This document shows positions 17,347 through 27,613 of a DNA stretch of 64,000 nucleotides, one piece after another (position 1 is the stretch's first letter; each line of letters opens with the position of its first letter). Made by a program: the position numbers and the translations under genes. Source of the stretch: Candidatus Lustribacter sp. (GTDB lineage Bacteria; Vulcanimicrobiota; Vulcanimicrobiia; Vulcanimicrobiales; Vulcanimicrobiaceae); assembly GCA_965277805.1 (NCBI GenBank), contig OZ255842.1:3904001-3968000 (forward strand), read 5' to 3'. The notes under the pieces are model-generated. The model was not told the DNA's origin, made no database searches, and was given only the letters and a program-made list of their open reading frames with translations.

Positions 17347-18393
17347 ATGACGGACCTCGCAACGAACCTATCGGCGCTCGAAGACCGGCTCACTGCCGAG
17401 CTGGCCGGCGTCGCCGACGCAGCTGCGCTCGAGGAGCTCCGCGTCCGCTTTCTCGGCCGCAGCGGCGAGGTGACGGCGATTAGGCGCGGCATCGGCGCGC
17501 TGCCGCCGGAAGAACGCCCCACCGCCGGCAAGGTGATCAACGCTGCGGTCGAGCGGATGGAAGCCGCGCTCGCCGCCGCGACCGACAAACTCGGCAATGC
17601 GGAACTCGAAGCGCAGCTCTCGGAGACGATCGACGTCACGCTGCCCGGACCGCCGGCGCGCATCGGTTCGATTCACCCAGTCCGCCGCGTGATCCGCGAC
17701 ATCGCGGATTACTTCACGCGGCTCGGCTTCGCCGTGCTGCAGGGCCCGGAGATCGAAACCGACGCCAACAACTTCGATGCGTTGAACATTCCGGCCGATC
17801 ATCCGGCGCGCGAAGGCTTCGACTCGTTTTACTTACGGCCCGGCTTGGTGCTCCGTACGCACACCTCGCCGATGCAGGTGCGCGCGATGCGCGAGTCCGG
17901 GCCGCCGATCGCGATCATCGTGCCCGGCAAAGCCTACCGGCGCGACGCGGTCGATGCGCGCCATCTCTATCAGTTCCACCAAGTCGAAGGCTTGATGATC
18001 GGCACGGACATCCACTTCGGCCACCTCAAAGGCGTTCTCACGGGACTGATGCGCGACTTGTTTGGTCCGCAACAGGCCGTGCGCTTCCGCCCGTCGTTTT
18101 TTCCGTTCACCGAACCGTCGGCCGAAATCGATACCACCTGTCCCGGTTGCGGCGGCAGCGGACGCCGCGGAGAAGCAACGTGTCGCACGTGCGGCGGATC
18201 CGGCTGGATCGAAGTCGGCGGCTCGGGCATGGTGCATCCGAACGTCCTGCGCGAAGTCGGCTACGATCCCGAAGCGGTGGCCGGTTGGGCGTTCGGCGTC
18301 GGTCCCGAACGGCTCGCAATGGTGCGCTACGACATGAGCGATATCCGCGACTTCGTCGAAAACACGCCGTCCTTCTTAGAGCAAACGGCGTAG
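17347..18393 (+). CDS. pheS: Phenylalanine--tRNA ligase alpha subunit
   Basis: NFDALNIPADHPAR, LRTHTSPMQ, FHQVEG, RFRPSFFPFTEPS and GWAFGVGPERLAM. Confidence 0.98.
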   Translation: MTDLATNLSALEDRLTAELAGVADAAALEELRVRFLGRSGEVTAIRRGIGALPPEERPTAGKVINAAVERMEAALAAATDKLGNAELEAQLSETIDVTLPGPPARIGSIHPVRRVIRDIADYFTRLGFAVLQGPEIETDANNFDALNIPADHPAREGFDSFYLRPGLVLRTHTSPMQVRAMRESGPPIAIIVPGKAYRRDAVDARHLYQFHQVEGLMIGTDIHFGHLKGVLTGLMRDLFGPQQAVRFRPSFFPFTEPSAEIDTTCPGCGGSGRRGEATCRTCGGSGWIEVGGSGMVHPNVLREVGYDPEAVAGWAFGVGPERLAMVRYDMSDIRDFVENTPSFLEQTA

Positions 18394-18394
18394 G

Positions 18395-20743
18395 ATGCGC
18401 GTACCGATTTCCTGGCTTCGCGACTATGTCGTGCTGCCGCATGATGCGAGCGAGATCGTCTCACGTTTGGCGACGCTCGGTTTTCCCGTCGATGCGATCG
18501 AAACGCGCCCGGCGATTAGCGGCGTCGTGGTCGGCAAGATCGCGAAGATCGAGAAGCATCCCAATGCGGATCGTTTAGTCGTGTGCACGGTCGACATCGG
18601 CGCCGATCGCCCGTTGACGATCGCCACCGCCGCGACCAACGTTGCCGAAGGGCAAGTGATTCCGGTTGCGACGATCGGCGCGAAATTGCCCGAGCTGACG
18701 ATCGAACCACGCAGGATGCGCGGCATCGCTTCGGAGGGGATGTTGTGTTCGGCGGGCGAGCTGGCGCTCGAGCCGGATTGGTTCGAAGACGGCATCATGC
18801 AGCTCGATCACGATGTCGAGTTGGGCGCGAATGTGGTCGAGATGCTCGGGCTTGCGGATCCGGTACTCGACGTCGACGTCACGCCCAACCGCGTCGACGC
18901 GATGTCGATGCTTGGCCTCGCGCGCGAGCTCGCGGCATCGTTCGGCGAAGAGTTGCGCGAACCGTCGACCGCCGTTGCCGTCAGCGGCGAGAGCGACGAC
19001 GTACGGGTGACGCTCGAGACGCTCGATGCGCGCCGCTACGTCACCCAGCGGGTCGGTAACCTCACCGTGCGCCCGGCGCCGGCGTGGATGCGGGTGCGGC
19101 TCGCGCTCGCCGGCCAGCGGCCGATCAACAATTTGGTCGACATCTCGAACTTCGTGATGCTCGAAACCGCCCAGCCGCTGCACTTCTTCGACTTCGAGAA
19201 GATCGCGAACGCGCACATCATCGTGCGCGACGCCGAGCCCGGCGAATCGATCACCACGCTCGACGGCACGCAGCGCGCGCTCGATCCGACCGCGATGCTG
19301 ATCGCCGATGAAAGGCAGCCCACCGGCCTCGCCGGCCTGATGGGCGGCCAAGTCAGCGAAGTCAGCGAGAGCACCCGCGAGATCGTGATCGAAAGCGCGA
19401 ACTTCAGCGGACCGCGCGTGCGGCGCATGAGCCTCAAGCTCGGACTGCGCAGCGAAGCCTCGACGCGCAATGAGAAAAATCTGCCGCCGGCGTTGACCGA
19501 CCTCGGTGCGGCGCGCGCCGCCGTGCTCTTGGCAGCCGAAGGCGGCATCGTCCGCGCGCCCAAGCCGTACGGTGCGCAACTCACGCCGCCCACGCCGATC
19601 GCGTTGCCCAAGAGCGACGTACAACGGCTGCTCGGCTTCGCACTCGAGGATCGTGCCGTCACCCGCGCGCTCGTTTCGCTCGGGTTCACCGTTGAAGACC
19701 GTGGCGCAACGTTTGCGGTCACCGCGCCCGGCTGGCGCAGCGACATCGCGATCCTGGCCGACCTCGTGGAAGAGATAGCGCGCGTCGTGGGCTACGACCG
19801 GCTCGAGAGCGCGATGCCGGTGGTGAGCGCGCAGCCGCTCTCGAGCGAAATCTTCGATCGCGACAACGATCTAGCAACAGTGCTGTCCGGTCTCGGGTAT
19901 CGCGAATGCATGACGCTGGCGCTGCAGCCTGCCGCGATCGCCGAACGCGACCGCGCGCTCGGCTTCGCGATTCCGGACGTGGTCGAGATCGCGAACCCGC
20001 TCTCCGACGATCAGCGTTACCTGCGCTACGGGCTGATCCACGCGCACTTGGCGATCGCCGCACGGGATCGCTTGCGGCCGTATCGCACCTTCGAGATCGG
20101 CCACGTGTTTGCCGACGCGCAACCATATCCGACCGAACGCAACACGGCGCTGATGCTGACCGCAACCCGGCACGTCGACGAACCCGCGTGGCGCAGCACG
20201 CCGTACGCCGCCGTGCTCTCCGACCTGCTCGCCGCGTTGCGCGCGCTGACCGGGAAAATCGCCGAAGTGAAACGTGCGACCGCACCGTGGCTGCACCCGG
20301 GAAAGACGGCCCAGCTGTTCATCGACGGCGAGGCGGTGGCGACGATCGGCGTCGTCGACCCGCGTCTCTTGCGCGCCTACGATATCGACGATGATGTCGT
20401 GGCGGCCGGCATCCTCGTCGAGACGCTGCCTAAACGCACGATCGCGCCGTTCGTCCCGCCGTCACGCTTTCCGCCCGTCGAACGCGATCTCGCGCTCGTG
20501 CTGGACGCCGCCGTACCCGCCGCGGACGTGCTCGCAGCGGTCCGCTCGCACGCCGGCGTGCGCAACGCCGAAGTCTTCGATGAGTACCGCGGTGCGCAGA
20601 TCGACATGGCGAAAAAATCGCTGGCCGTGCGCGTGACGCTGCAGCGCGACGACGCCACGCTGACCGACGCGATCGCCGACGAGACGATCGGAGCGATCGT
20701 CGCCGACCTGAAGAGCCGTTTCGGCGCGACCCTGCGCGGGTGA
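18395..20743 (+). CDS. pheT: Phenylalanine--tRNA ligase beta subunit
   Basis: MRVPISWL, KHPNADRL, SEGMLCS, DVTPNR, DLVEEIAR, LHPGK and SRFPPVERDLA. Confidence 0.97.
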   Translation: MRVPISWLRDYVVLPHDASEIVSRLATLGFPVDAIETRPAISGVVVGKIAKIEKHPNADRLVVCTVDIGADRPLTIATAATNVAEGQVIPVATIGAKLPELTIEPRRMRGIASEGMLCSAGELALEPDWFEDGIMQLDHDVELGANVVEMLGLADPVLDVDVTPNRVDAMSMLGLARELAASFGEELREPSTAVAVSGESDDVRVTLETLDARRYVTQRVGNLTVRPAPAWMRVRLALAGQRPINNLVDISNFVMLETAQPLHFFDFEKIANAHIIVRDAEPGESITTLDGTQRALDPTAMLIADERQPTGLAGLMGGQVSEVSESTREIVIESANFSGPRVRRMSLKLGLRSEASTRNEKNLPPALTDLGAARAAVLLAAEGGIVRAPKPYGAQLTPPTPIALPKSDVQRLLGFALEDRAVTRALVSLGFTVEDRGATFAVTAPGWRSDIAILADLVEEIARVVGYDRLESAMPVVSAQPLSSEIFDRDNDLATVLSGLGYRECMTLALQPAAIAERDRALGFAIPDVVEIANPLSDDQRYLRYGLIHAHLAIAARDRLRPYRTFEIGHVFADAQPYPTERNTALMLTATRHVDEPAWRSTPYAAVLSDLLAALRALTGKIAEVKRATAPWLHPGKTAQLFIDGEAVATIGVVDPRLLRAYDIDDDVVAAGILVETLPKRTIAPFVPPSRFPPVERDLALVLDAAVPAADVLAAVRSHAGVRNAEVFDEYRGAQIDMAKKSLAVRVTLQRDDATLTDAIADETIGAIVADLKSRFGATLRG

Positions 20744-21276
20744 TGTTGGCCTGGCCCGATTTGATCATCGGCGGGATCACCATCTTCTTCGCGGTCAAGG
20801 GATTTTCTAAGGGCTTCGTCTCCGAACTCGCGGGCGGCGTGGCGGTGTTCGTCGCGATCGTCGCGGCATTTCGTTATAACGGCGCATTCGACGGCATCGT
20901 CACCACGATCACCGGTCTCACGCAAGGCTCGGCGCACGCGGTGGGTTTGTTGCTGTTCGCGATCGTCGCATATGCGATCGTGCTGCTTATCGCGTGGCTG
21001 CTCGGCCGCGTCGCGAAACTGCCGCCGATCGGTCTCATCAACGGCGTACTCGGCGCGTTCCTCGGCGCATGCAAAGCGCTCTTCGGCGCGTTCCTAATCC
21101 TCTACGCCGTGTTGTTTTTTCCGTTGCCGGGCGACTTACGCCACGATCTCAAACGCTCGACGCTGGTCTCGCTGGTCACCCAGCCGGATGCGGCGGTGGA
21201 TGAGGCAGTCCGCAGCCTGATGCCGTGGTTCGTGCGACCGCTGGCAGCGCCGTTCTTCAGCCGTCACCACGTTTAA
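20740..21276 (+). CDS. CvpA (colicin V production) family membrane protein
   Basis: DLII...KGFSKGFVSE and INGVLGAFLGACK, directly after pheT. Confidence 0.85.
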   Translation: MMLAWPDLIIGGITIFFAVKGFSKGFVSELAGGVAVFVAIVAAFRYNGAFDGIVTTITGLTQGSAHAVGLLLFAIVAYAIVLLIAWLLGRVAKLPPIGLINGVLGAFLGACKALFGAFLILYAVLFFPLPGDLRHDLKRSTLVSLVTQPDAAVDEAVRSLMPWFVRPLAAPFFSRHHV

Positions 21277-22453
21277 GCGCGGGGGTAAGGACAAGCGTCT
21301 GCGGCAACCCGAACCAGCGAAAAAGCCGGCTGGCAAACGGATTCACGCGCTCGCGCCAGCGCCGGCGGCGCACGGAATCAATCAGCGGCCGCTCGCAGCA
21401 CCACCAGAACGCCGCACCGGCGGCGATCGATAACACGAATGCGAGCGCCCCCGCACCCGGTCCCCACATCGCGTGCACGAGCGCGATCACCGGCTGGTGC
21501 ACAAGGTAGATGCTGAACGATGCGAGTCCGAGCGCGCGCAACGGCCGCCACCCGAACACGGCCCGCGCGAACGGTGCCGTTGCAACGACCAGCACCAACG
21601 CGAAGGCCGCAACGTGCCAGGGAAACGACGTCGGCTGGCCGCGAAAGCGAGCCTCCGCTAACCACGGGTCGGGCACGACGGCGTGCGGATCCCAGGCGAG
21701 CGCAGCCACGATCGCAATCGGCAAAAGCAGGACGGCGTAACGGAGCAAGTGATGCCGCCTGATGATCAGTTCGGCCGCTACGATACCGAGCATGAAAAGC
21801 GGCAGCGTTCCGAGATCGATCGTGCGGACGCGGGTGAAGAGGAAACCGATCCACGCCAACACCACAACGGCGGCAAACGCGCGCGGCGATCTCGTCCATA
21901 GTAATAAAATTAGCGGAAAGAGCAGATACCAGCGCAGCTGCACCGCCACGGTCCAGAGCCCGGGATTTGCTGGAAAATTCGCCCGATCGAGAAACAGGAG
22001 TGGCAGCACCGCCTCGTAGAGTGAGTGCGGCGTGTAGAGCACGTCGGCGGTCCCGAATCGTCCGAGGTGATCGGCGAGTACCTGCGTCGCAATTGCACAT
22101 GCGACCGCAACGTAGAACAGCGGCAAAATGCGGTACGCGCGGTTGAACGCGTATGCCATGGTATCGAGCGTGGCCGGGCGCCCGGCAAAGCGTTGCGCCA
22201 GCAACGGGTAAGCGAGTCCGAAACCGGACAGCACGAAAAACAGATCCACTCCATGCGCCGCAGAGCCGGCGATGCCGGCAAGCCAACCCGGTCCCGGTAA
22301 CATTCCAGCGGCAGCGATGTGCGGCACGATCACCAGCAGGATCGCGAACCCGCGCAAGCCGTCCAATGGCGCGACGTGCGCAGGCGGCGTAACCCGTGCC
22401 GCTCTCATGTTACGGTCGATTCCGGCCGCTACCGATTCCTCGACGAGGGTCAT
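21257..22453 (-). CDS. Acyltransferase-3 (OafA-like) membrane O-acyltransferase
   Basis: LDGLRGFAILLV, GVDLFFVLSGF, LWTVAVQLRWY, LGLASFSIYLVH and ERP. Start uncertain. Confidence 0.87.
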   Translation of the reverse strand: MTLVEESVAAGIDRNMRAARVTPPAHVAPLDGLRGFAILLVIVPHIAAAGMLPGPGWLAGIAGSAAHGVDLFFVLSGFGLAYPLLAQRFAGRPATLDTMAYAFNRAYRILPLFYVAVACAIATQVLADHLGRFGTADVLYTPHSLYEAVLPLLFLDRANFPANPGLWTVAVQLRWYLLFPLILLLWTRSPRAFAAVVVLAWIGFLFTRVRTIDLGTLPLFMLGIVAAELIIRRHHLLRYAVLLLPIAIVAALAWDPHAVVPDPWLAEARFRGQPTSFPWHVAAFALVLVVATAPFARAVFGWRPLRALGLASFSIYLVHQPVIALVHAMWGPGAGALAFVLSIAAGAAFWWCCERPLIDSVRRRRWRERVNPFASRLFRWFGLPQTLVLTPALKRGDG

Positions 22454-22633
22454 CGCCGAGCCGCCCGCGGTCCGTGCCGCAGCAGCAAAGCAGCACGTAG
22501 GCCGATCACGCTTCGAAGTATGCCCGCAGCGCGAAGGTCGACACAGGGCCATATGTCGCGGTCTGCGGGGACTTCCGGCCGCAGGACGCTGGCTGCGCCC
22601 GCTTCAAGAAACCTTGCAAGCGAGGTATCGAAC

Positions 22634-23410
22634 GTGCAGACGAAGATTACGGGCGAGACGCTACCTGTTCTGGAGATCGGCCTTGAGGCCGGCGACAAAA
22701 TCGTTGCCGAACCCGGCGAGTTCTCGTGGATGACCCAAACGGTCCAAATGAACACGACGCCGATGGCGGCCGGGGCCAAGGGCCTGTTCGGCGTGCTGGG
22801 ACGGGCGCTCTCGGGCGGCGGCTTGTTCATGACCGAGTTCACGGCGCCGGGCGGACCGGGGCTGGTGGCATTTGCCGCCAAAGTGCCGGGCCGCATCATG
22901 GAACTCGACGTGGTACCCGGTCAGGGCTACCTGATCCATCGCCACGGCTTCTTGTGCGCGACTGCCGGCGTCGAACTGGGGATCGGCTTCCAGCGCTCGC
23001 TGGGTGCCGGAATCTTCGGCGGCGACGGTTTCATCATGCAACGCCTCAGCGGCCAGTGCAAAGCCTGGGTCGAGCTGGGCGGCGAGGTGATCACCTACGA
23101 TCTCGGGCCGGGTGAAACGATTTCGGCGCATCCCGGACACGTCGGGATGTTCAGCGAGACCATTAACTTCGACGTGACGCTCTTGCCGGGCATCAGCAAC
23201 ATGTTCTTCGGCGGCGACGGCCTGTTCGTTGCGCGCTTGACCGGGCCGGGCAAAGTTTGGCTGCAATCGCTGACGCTGCCGAATCTGGCGCACGCAATTT
23301 CACCCTATCTCGGCGGCCGCGACGCCGCACCGCAGCAAGCCGTGCAAGGCGGCGTCGCGGGCGGCGTGGCCGCGTCGGTGCTCGGGAGCCTCTTCGGAAA
23401 TAACCGTTAA
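22634..23410 (+). CDS. AIM24/TIGR00266 family protein
   Basis: AEPGEFSWM, RALSGGGLFMTEF, IFGGDGFIMQRL and LTGPGKVWLQSL. GAGGT precedes the GTG. Confidence 0.87.
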   Translation: MQTKITGETLPVLEIGLEAGDKIVAEPGEFSWMTQTVQMNTTPMAAGAKGLFGVLGRALSGGGLFMTEFTAPGGPGLVAFAAKVPGRIMELDVVPGQGYLIHRHGFLCATAGVELGIGFQRSLGAGIFGGDGFIMQRLSGQCKAWVELGGEVITYDLGPGETISAHPGHVGMFSETINFDVTLLPGISNMFFGGDGLFVARLTGPGKVWLQSLTLPNLAHAISPYLGGRDAAPQQAVQGGVAGGVAASVLGSLFGNNR

Positions 23411-23413
23411 CGG

Positions 23414-24352
23414 TTGACCGCCGAACGCATCGTAAGCCTGTTGCCGAGCGCGACGGAGATTCTCTTCGCGATCGGCGCGGGCAAGAGCGTCTCGGGCGTC
23501 ACGCACGAATGCGACTTTCCGCCGGCAGCGCGCACGCGCACGGTGCTGACATCGTCACTCTTACCGGGTGATGTCCTCACCGCCGGTGCGATCGACCGGC
23601 ACGTGCGCGCGAGCGTGCACGGCGGTTCGAGTTTGTATGCGCTCGATGCCGAACGGTTGGCGCAGCTCGAACCGGATCTGATCGTCACGCAAGAACTGTG
23701 CGAGGTCTGCGCGGTATCCTACGAAATCGTAACGCACGCGGCAAAACGGCTGCGCGGCGATCCGCGCGTCGTCTCACTCGAACCGTCGACGCTAGAAGAC
23801 GTGTACGCCACGATCATCTTTCTCGGTGAGCTGTCGGGTCGCGAGCGCGGCGCCGCCGAAGTGGTTGCCGGGTTGCGCTTGCGCGAATCCGTGTTGCGCG
23901 ATACGCCGCGCGAGACGGCGCCGCGCGCGCTGATTCTCGAATGGACCGATCCGCCGATGAGCGGCGGTCATTGGACGCCCGGGCTCGTCGAACTCGCGGG
24001 CGCGATTCCGGTGCTCGCCAATCCGGGCGCGAATTCGCAAACGCTGACTTGGGAGGCCATCGCGCAAAGCGATCCCGACGTCGTGATCGTGGTTCCGTGC
24101 GGGTTCGATCTCGCGCACGCGCAGCACGCCGCCGCCGGCCTCGCGCACAATCCGGTTTGGAACGAATTACGCGCGGTGACGAGCGGGCGCGCCTACGTGA
24201 TGGACGGCAATGCCTACGTCAACCGCCCGGGACCGCGCCTCATCGATAGCGCCGAGCGCTTCGCCTGGTGCTTCCACGAAGCGGCGCACTTACCGCAGCC
24301 GTCGGGTTGCACCGTCATCCCGAGCTCGTCGAGGGACCGCCGAGTGGGCTAA
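23414..24352 (+). CDS. Cobalamin/Fe-siderophore-binding protein-like (BtuF family), no signal peptide
   Basis: RIVSLLPSATEI, GVTHECDFP, PDLIVTQELCEVCAV and NRPGPRL. Confidence 0.82.
   Translation: MTAERIVSLLPSATEILFAIGAGKSVSGVTHECDFPPAARTRTVLTSSLLPGDVLTAGAIDRHVRASVHGGSSLYALDAERLAQLEPDLIVTQELCEVCAVSYEIVTHAAKRLRGDPRVVSLEPSTLEDVYATIIFLGELSGRERGAAEVVAGLRLRESVLRDTPRETAPRALILEWTDPPMSGGHWTPGLVELAGAIPVLANPGANSQTLTWEAIAQSDPDVVIVVPCGFDLAHAQHAAAGLAHNPVWNELRAVTSGRAYVMDGNAYVNRPGPRLIDSAERFAWCFHEAAHLPQPSGCTVIPSSSRDRRVG
24314..24337 (+). repeat. REP-like repeat, copy 2 (one mismatch), inside the 3' end of a CDS
   Basis: GTCATCCCGAGCTCGTCGAGGGAC. Confidence 0.75.
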
Positions 24353-25311
24353 TGCCCGACGTGCACGGGAGGGGGAACGATCGTATCGATCTCGGCCAAT
24401 TCGTCCGGCGTCAGGGTCCACGTCACTGCGTTGACGTTTTGCTGGATCTGCTCCGCATTGCTGGCCCCTGCGATGACGCTGCCGACCGTCGGACGCGCTA
24501 GGAGCCAAGAGAACGCGAGTTCGAGCAACGTGTGGCCGTGCGCGTCCGCGAATTCGCCCAAGCGGTCGGCCAACGCCAGCCGCTCTTCGGTCATGAACGT
24601 ATCGGCGAGCCCACCCGGACGCATGAGGCGCGTGCCCGCCGGCCGCGCACCGCCGCGGTACTTGCCGCTCAGCAAGCCGCTGGCAAGCGGGAAGTACGGC
24701 AAGAAGCCGACGCCGTGCGCGAGCATGGCGCCCACGTGCTCGCGCTCGATTTCGCGCTGCAGCAGACTGTATTCGTCTTGATAGGAGATGAACCGCGTGC
24801 GATCTTGCGCCTTCGCCGTCCAGATCGCGTCGGTCAATTGCCACGCCGCGAAGTTCGAACAGCCGACGTAACGCACTTTGCCCTGCGTGACGAGATCGTC
24901 GAGCGCGCACACCGTCTCTTCGATCGGCGTGAGCGGGTCGAAGATGTGGACTTGATACAGATCGATCCAGTCGGTCTTCAAGCGGCGCAGGCTCGCTTCG
25001 ACGGCGGCCATGATGTAGCGCCGCGATGCGCCTTTCTTCTTGCCTTCGGCATCCATCGGCAAACCGAACTTCGTGGCGATCACGACGTCGGCGCGCGCGC
25101 GGCCGAGCGCATCGCCGAGCAGTTCTTCGCTTTTGCCGAACGACGTCAGCGGGTAGTGATCGGCCGTATCGAACAGCGTGATCCCGTTCGTCAGCGCCGC
25201 TTGAACGACGACGCGCGAGGCCGACGGATCGAGCCGTCCGCCGAGGTTATTGCAACCTAGGCCGACGGCCGAAACGCGTAGACCCGACGAACCTAGGTTG
25301 CGGAGTTCCAC
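24349..25311 (-). CDS. Aldo/keto reductase
   Basis: GLGCNN, FDTADHY, IATKFG, SLRRLKTDWIDLYQVH and PLASGLLSGKY. Confidence 0.93.
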   Translation of the reverse strand: MELRNLGSSGLRVSAVGLGCNNLGGRLDPSASRVVVQAALTNGITLFDTADHYPLTSFGKSEELLGDALGRARADVVIATKFGLPMDAEGKKKGASRRYIMAAVEASLRRLKTDWIDLYQVHIFDPLTPIEETVCALDDLVTQGKVRYVGCSNFAAWQLTDAIWTAKAQDRTRFISYQDEYSLLQREIEREHVGAMLAHGVGFLPYFPLASGLLSGKYRGGARPAGTRLMRPGGLADTFMTEERLALADRLGEFADAHGHTLLELAFSWLLARPTVGSVIAGASNAEQIQQNVNAVTWTLTPDELAEIDTIVPPPVHVGH

Positions 25312-26469
25312 CTACGCCGGGACAGGCCCCATAAAGGCGCGTACCGCGGCTTGCACGCCGCTGCCGGCTTGCGTCTTGAAGCCTGCGCTGAGCAATTCCA
25401 TCTCGAGCGCGCCGAGCATCGCGAGCACGTCGGTTTGCGTGACGTCGCCCATCGTGCCGATGCGGATGATTTTGCCGGCGAGTTTCTCTTGACCGCCACC
25501 GAGCACGTAACCGTGTTCGAGGCGCAGCTTCTTGCGAATCTCGTCGCCGTTGACGCCTTCCGGCACGTGAATCGCCGTCACCGTCACCGAACGCATACCG
25601 GGTTCGGCGAACAGCTTGAGACCCGCACCTTCGGCGAACGCGACGATCGCATCGGTGTTGCGCTGATGGCGCGCCCACACGTTGGCCGGACCTTCTTTCG
25701 CATAGAGATCGAGCGCGACGTCGAGCGCGTACGCGATCGACACCGGCGGCGTGCACGGCGTTTGACCGATCGCTTGAAACTCGCGCGCTTTCTGCAAGTC
25801 CAGATAGTAGCGCGGGCTCTTGACGGTTTTCATCTTGTCCCATGCGCGCTGCGACACGGCGACCATCGCCATGCCGGGCGGAACGCCGAGAGCTTTCTGC
25901 GACGCGGCCACGACGACGTCGAAGCCCCACGCATCCATCGTGAACTCGCTCGCGGCCAAACCGCTGACGGAGTCGACGAGCGAATACGCGCCATGCGCCC
26001 GAATCGAATCGGCGAGCGGGCCCATCGGGTTCTGCACGCCGGTCGACGTCTCGTTGTGCGTGAGCACGACGCCCTTGATCTCTTTTTTCGTATCGGCTTC
26101 GAGGCGCGCTTTGAGCGCTTTCGCGTCAACGCCCTTGCCCCATTCGGTGTCGAGAATTTCGACATCGACGCCCCACGTGCGCGCGATTTCCGCAAAGCGG
26201 TTACCGAAAACGCCGACCGGCGCAACCAGCACCTTTTCGCCGGGGCCGAACATGTTGGTCATCGCCGCTTCGAGGCCGCCGGTACCGGAGCAGCCGAGCA
26301 ACAACACGTCGCTCGTCGTCCCGAAGACCGGCTGCAGTTTGCGCACGATCGAGGCCTGGAGTTCCTTGAACTCAGGTCCGCGATGATCGATCATCGGCTT
26401 CCCCATGGCCGCGAGCACGGGCTCGGCGACGGTCACGGGGCCTGGGATGAATAGCAGCTGCTTAGACAC
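25312..26469 (-). CDS. Class V aminotransferase (alanine--glyoxylate / serine--pyruvate family)
   Basis: LFIPGP, THNETSTGV, VDSVS, ASQKAL (PLP lysine) and RIGTMG. GGAGG precedes the GTG at 26469. Confidence 0.9.
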   Translation of the reverse strand: MSKQLLFIPGPVTVAEPVLAAMGKPMIDHRGPEFKELQASIVRKLQPVFGTTSDVLLLGCSGTGGLEAAMTNMFGPGEKVLVAPVGVFGNRFAEIARTWGVDVEILDTEWGKGVDAKALKARLEADTKKEIKGVVLTHNETSTGVQNPMGPLADSIRAHGAYSLVDSVSGLAASEFTMDAWGFDVVVAASQKALGVPPGMAMVAVSQRAWDKMKTVKSPRYYLDLQKAREFQAIGQTPCTPPVSIAYALDVALDLYAKEGPANVWARHQRNTDAIVAFAEGAGLKLFAEPGMRSVTVTAIHVPEGVNGDEIRKKLRLEHGYVLGGGQEKLAGKIIRIGTMGDVTQTDVLAMLGALEMELLSAGFKTQAGSGVQAAVRAFMGPVPA

Positions 26470-26524
26470 GGATTCCTCCGGGAGATATGAGCGATTGATA
26501 GGCCATATGTTGTATCCTGCGGAC

Positions 26525-27568
26525 ATGCAATCCCCCGAAACGGTGCGTCTCAGCCTGTGCTCACGATTCGGCGGCTGTGCGAGTAAAGTCGGCGCCGCCG
26601 ACCTCGCCCGGGTGCTTGCCGGCGTGCGCTTTCCTGAGGATGCGAAGGTGCTCGTTGGACTCTCGACCAGCGACGACGCCGGCGTCTATCAGCTCACGCG
26701 CGATCTCGCATTGGTACAGACGGTCGACTTCTTCACGCCGATCGTGGACGACCCGTTCGATTTTGGCCGGATCGCCGCGACGAACGCGCTCAGCGACGTG
26801 TACGCGATGGGCGGAACGCCCGTGACCGCACTCAATATCGCCGCGTTTCCCATCGATACGCTCGACGAGTCGATTCTGCGACGCATTCTCGAAGGCGGGG
26901 CGGCCGTTGCGGCCGCGGCCGGCGTCGTGATTCTGGGCGGCCATACGGTGAAAGACGAGGAACCCAAGTACGGGATGGCCGTGACCGGCACGATTCACCC
27001 GGGCAGAGTCATCAGCAACGCGGGCGCGCGTCCGGGCGACCATCTGCTGCTGACGAAGCCGATCGGCGCGGGGATCTTGACGACCGCGCGGCGCCGCGAC
27101 GGCATTCCCGAATCCGATCTCGCCGTCGCGATCGCGGAAATGACGCGGCTCAACGCCGCCGCGCGCGACGCGATGCTCGCGCACGGCGCGCATGCGGCCA
27201 CCGATGTCACTGGCTTCGGATTGCTCGGACATGCGAGCGAAATGGCGCGCGCCTCGCGCGTCGGCGTCGAAATCGAAGCGTCGTCCGTACCGCTCTTCCC
27301 GCGCGTGCTCGAGTTGATCGATCGCGATTTCGTGCCCAGCGGCACCGAAGGCAATCTGACCCATCACGCCGAGTTCACATCGTTCGCCGATCACGTCACC
27401 GGCGCGATCCGCATCGCACTCTCCGATGCGATGACGTCCGGCGGCCTGCTGATCGCCGCCGAACCGCGCGACATCCGCGCCATGTACAACGAACTCGCCC
27501 CGACCCATACCTGCGCCATCGTCGGCCGCATCACCGAAGACGGCGACGGCACCATCTCCGTTTTGTAG
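26525..27568 (+). CDS. selD: Selenide, water dikinase (Cys-type)
   Basis: GGCASK, SDDAGVY, QTVDFFTPIVDDP, NALSDVYAMGG, TDVTGFGLLGH and TSGGLL. Confidence 0.95.
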   Translation: MQSPETVRLSLCSRFGGCASKVGAADLARVLAGVRFPEDAKVLVGLSTSDDAGVYQLTRDLALVQTVDFFTPIVDDPFDFGRIAATNALSDVYAMGGTPVTALNIAAFPIDTLDESILRRILEGGAAVAAAAGVVILGGHTVKDEEPKYGMAVTGTIHPGRVISNAGARPGDHLLLTKPIGAGILTTARRRDGIPESDLAVAIAEMTRLNAAARDAMLAHGAHAATDVTGFGLLGHASEMARASRVGVEIEASSVPLFPRVLELIDRDFVPSGTEGNLTHHAEFTSFADHVTGAIRIALSDAMTSGGLLIAAEPRDIRAMYNELAPTHTCAIVGRITEDGDGTISVL

Positions 27569-27613
27569 CCGCGGCCTTGCTGCGATCGCGTATGTGCGTG
27601 ATCGGGTGCGGCA

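Noticed and set aside
18135-18210. CxxC...CxxC insert in PheS as a novelty
   Set aside because: A Cys-rich insert before GWIE is common in PheS of Firmicutes and other phyla.
23405-23420. Cobalamin riboswitch before the BtuF-like gene
   Set aside because: There are only 3 nt between the upstream stop and the start, leaving no room for a leader.
26525-26590. Selenocysteine in SelD
   Set aside because: The active-site codon is TGT (GGC TGT GCG AGT AAA), so it is the Cys form with no in-frame TGA.
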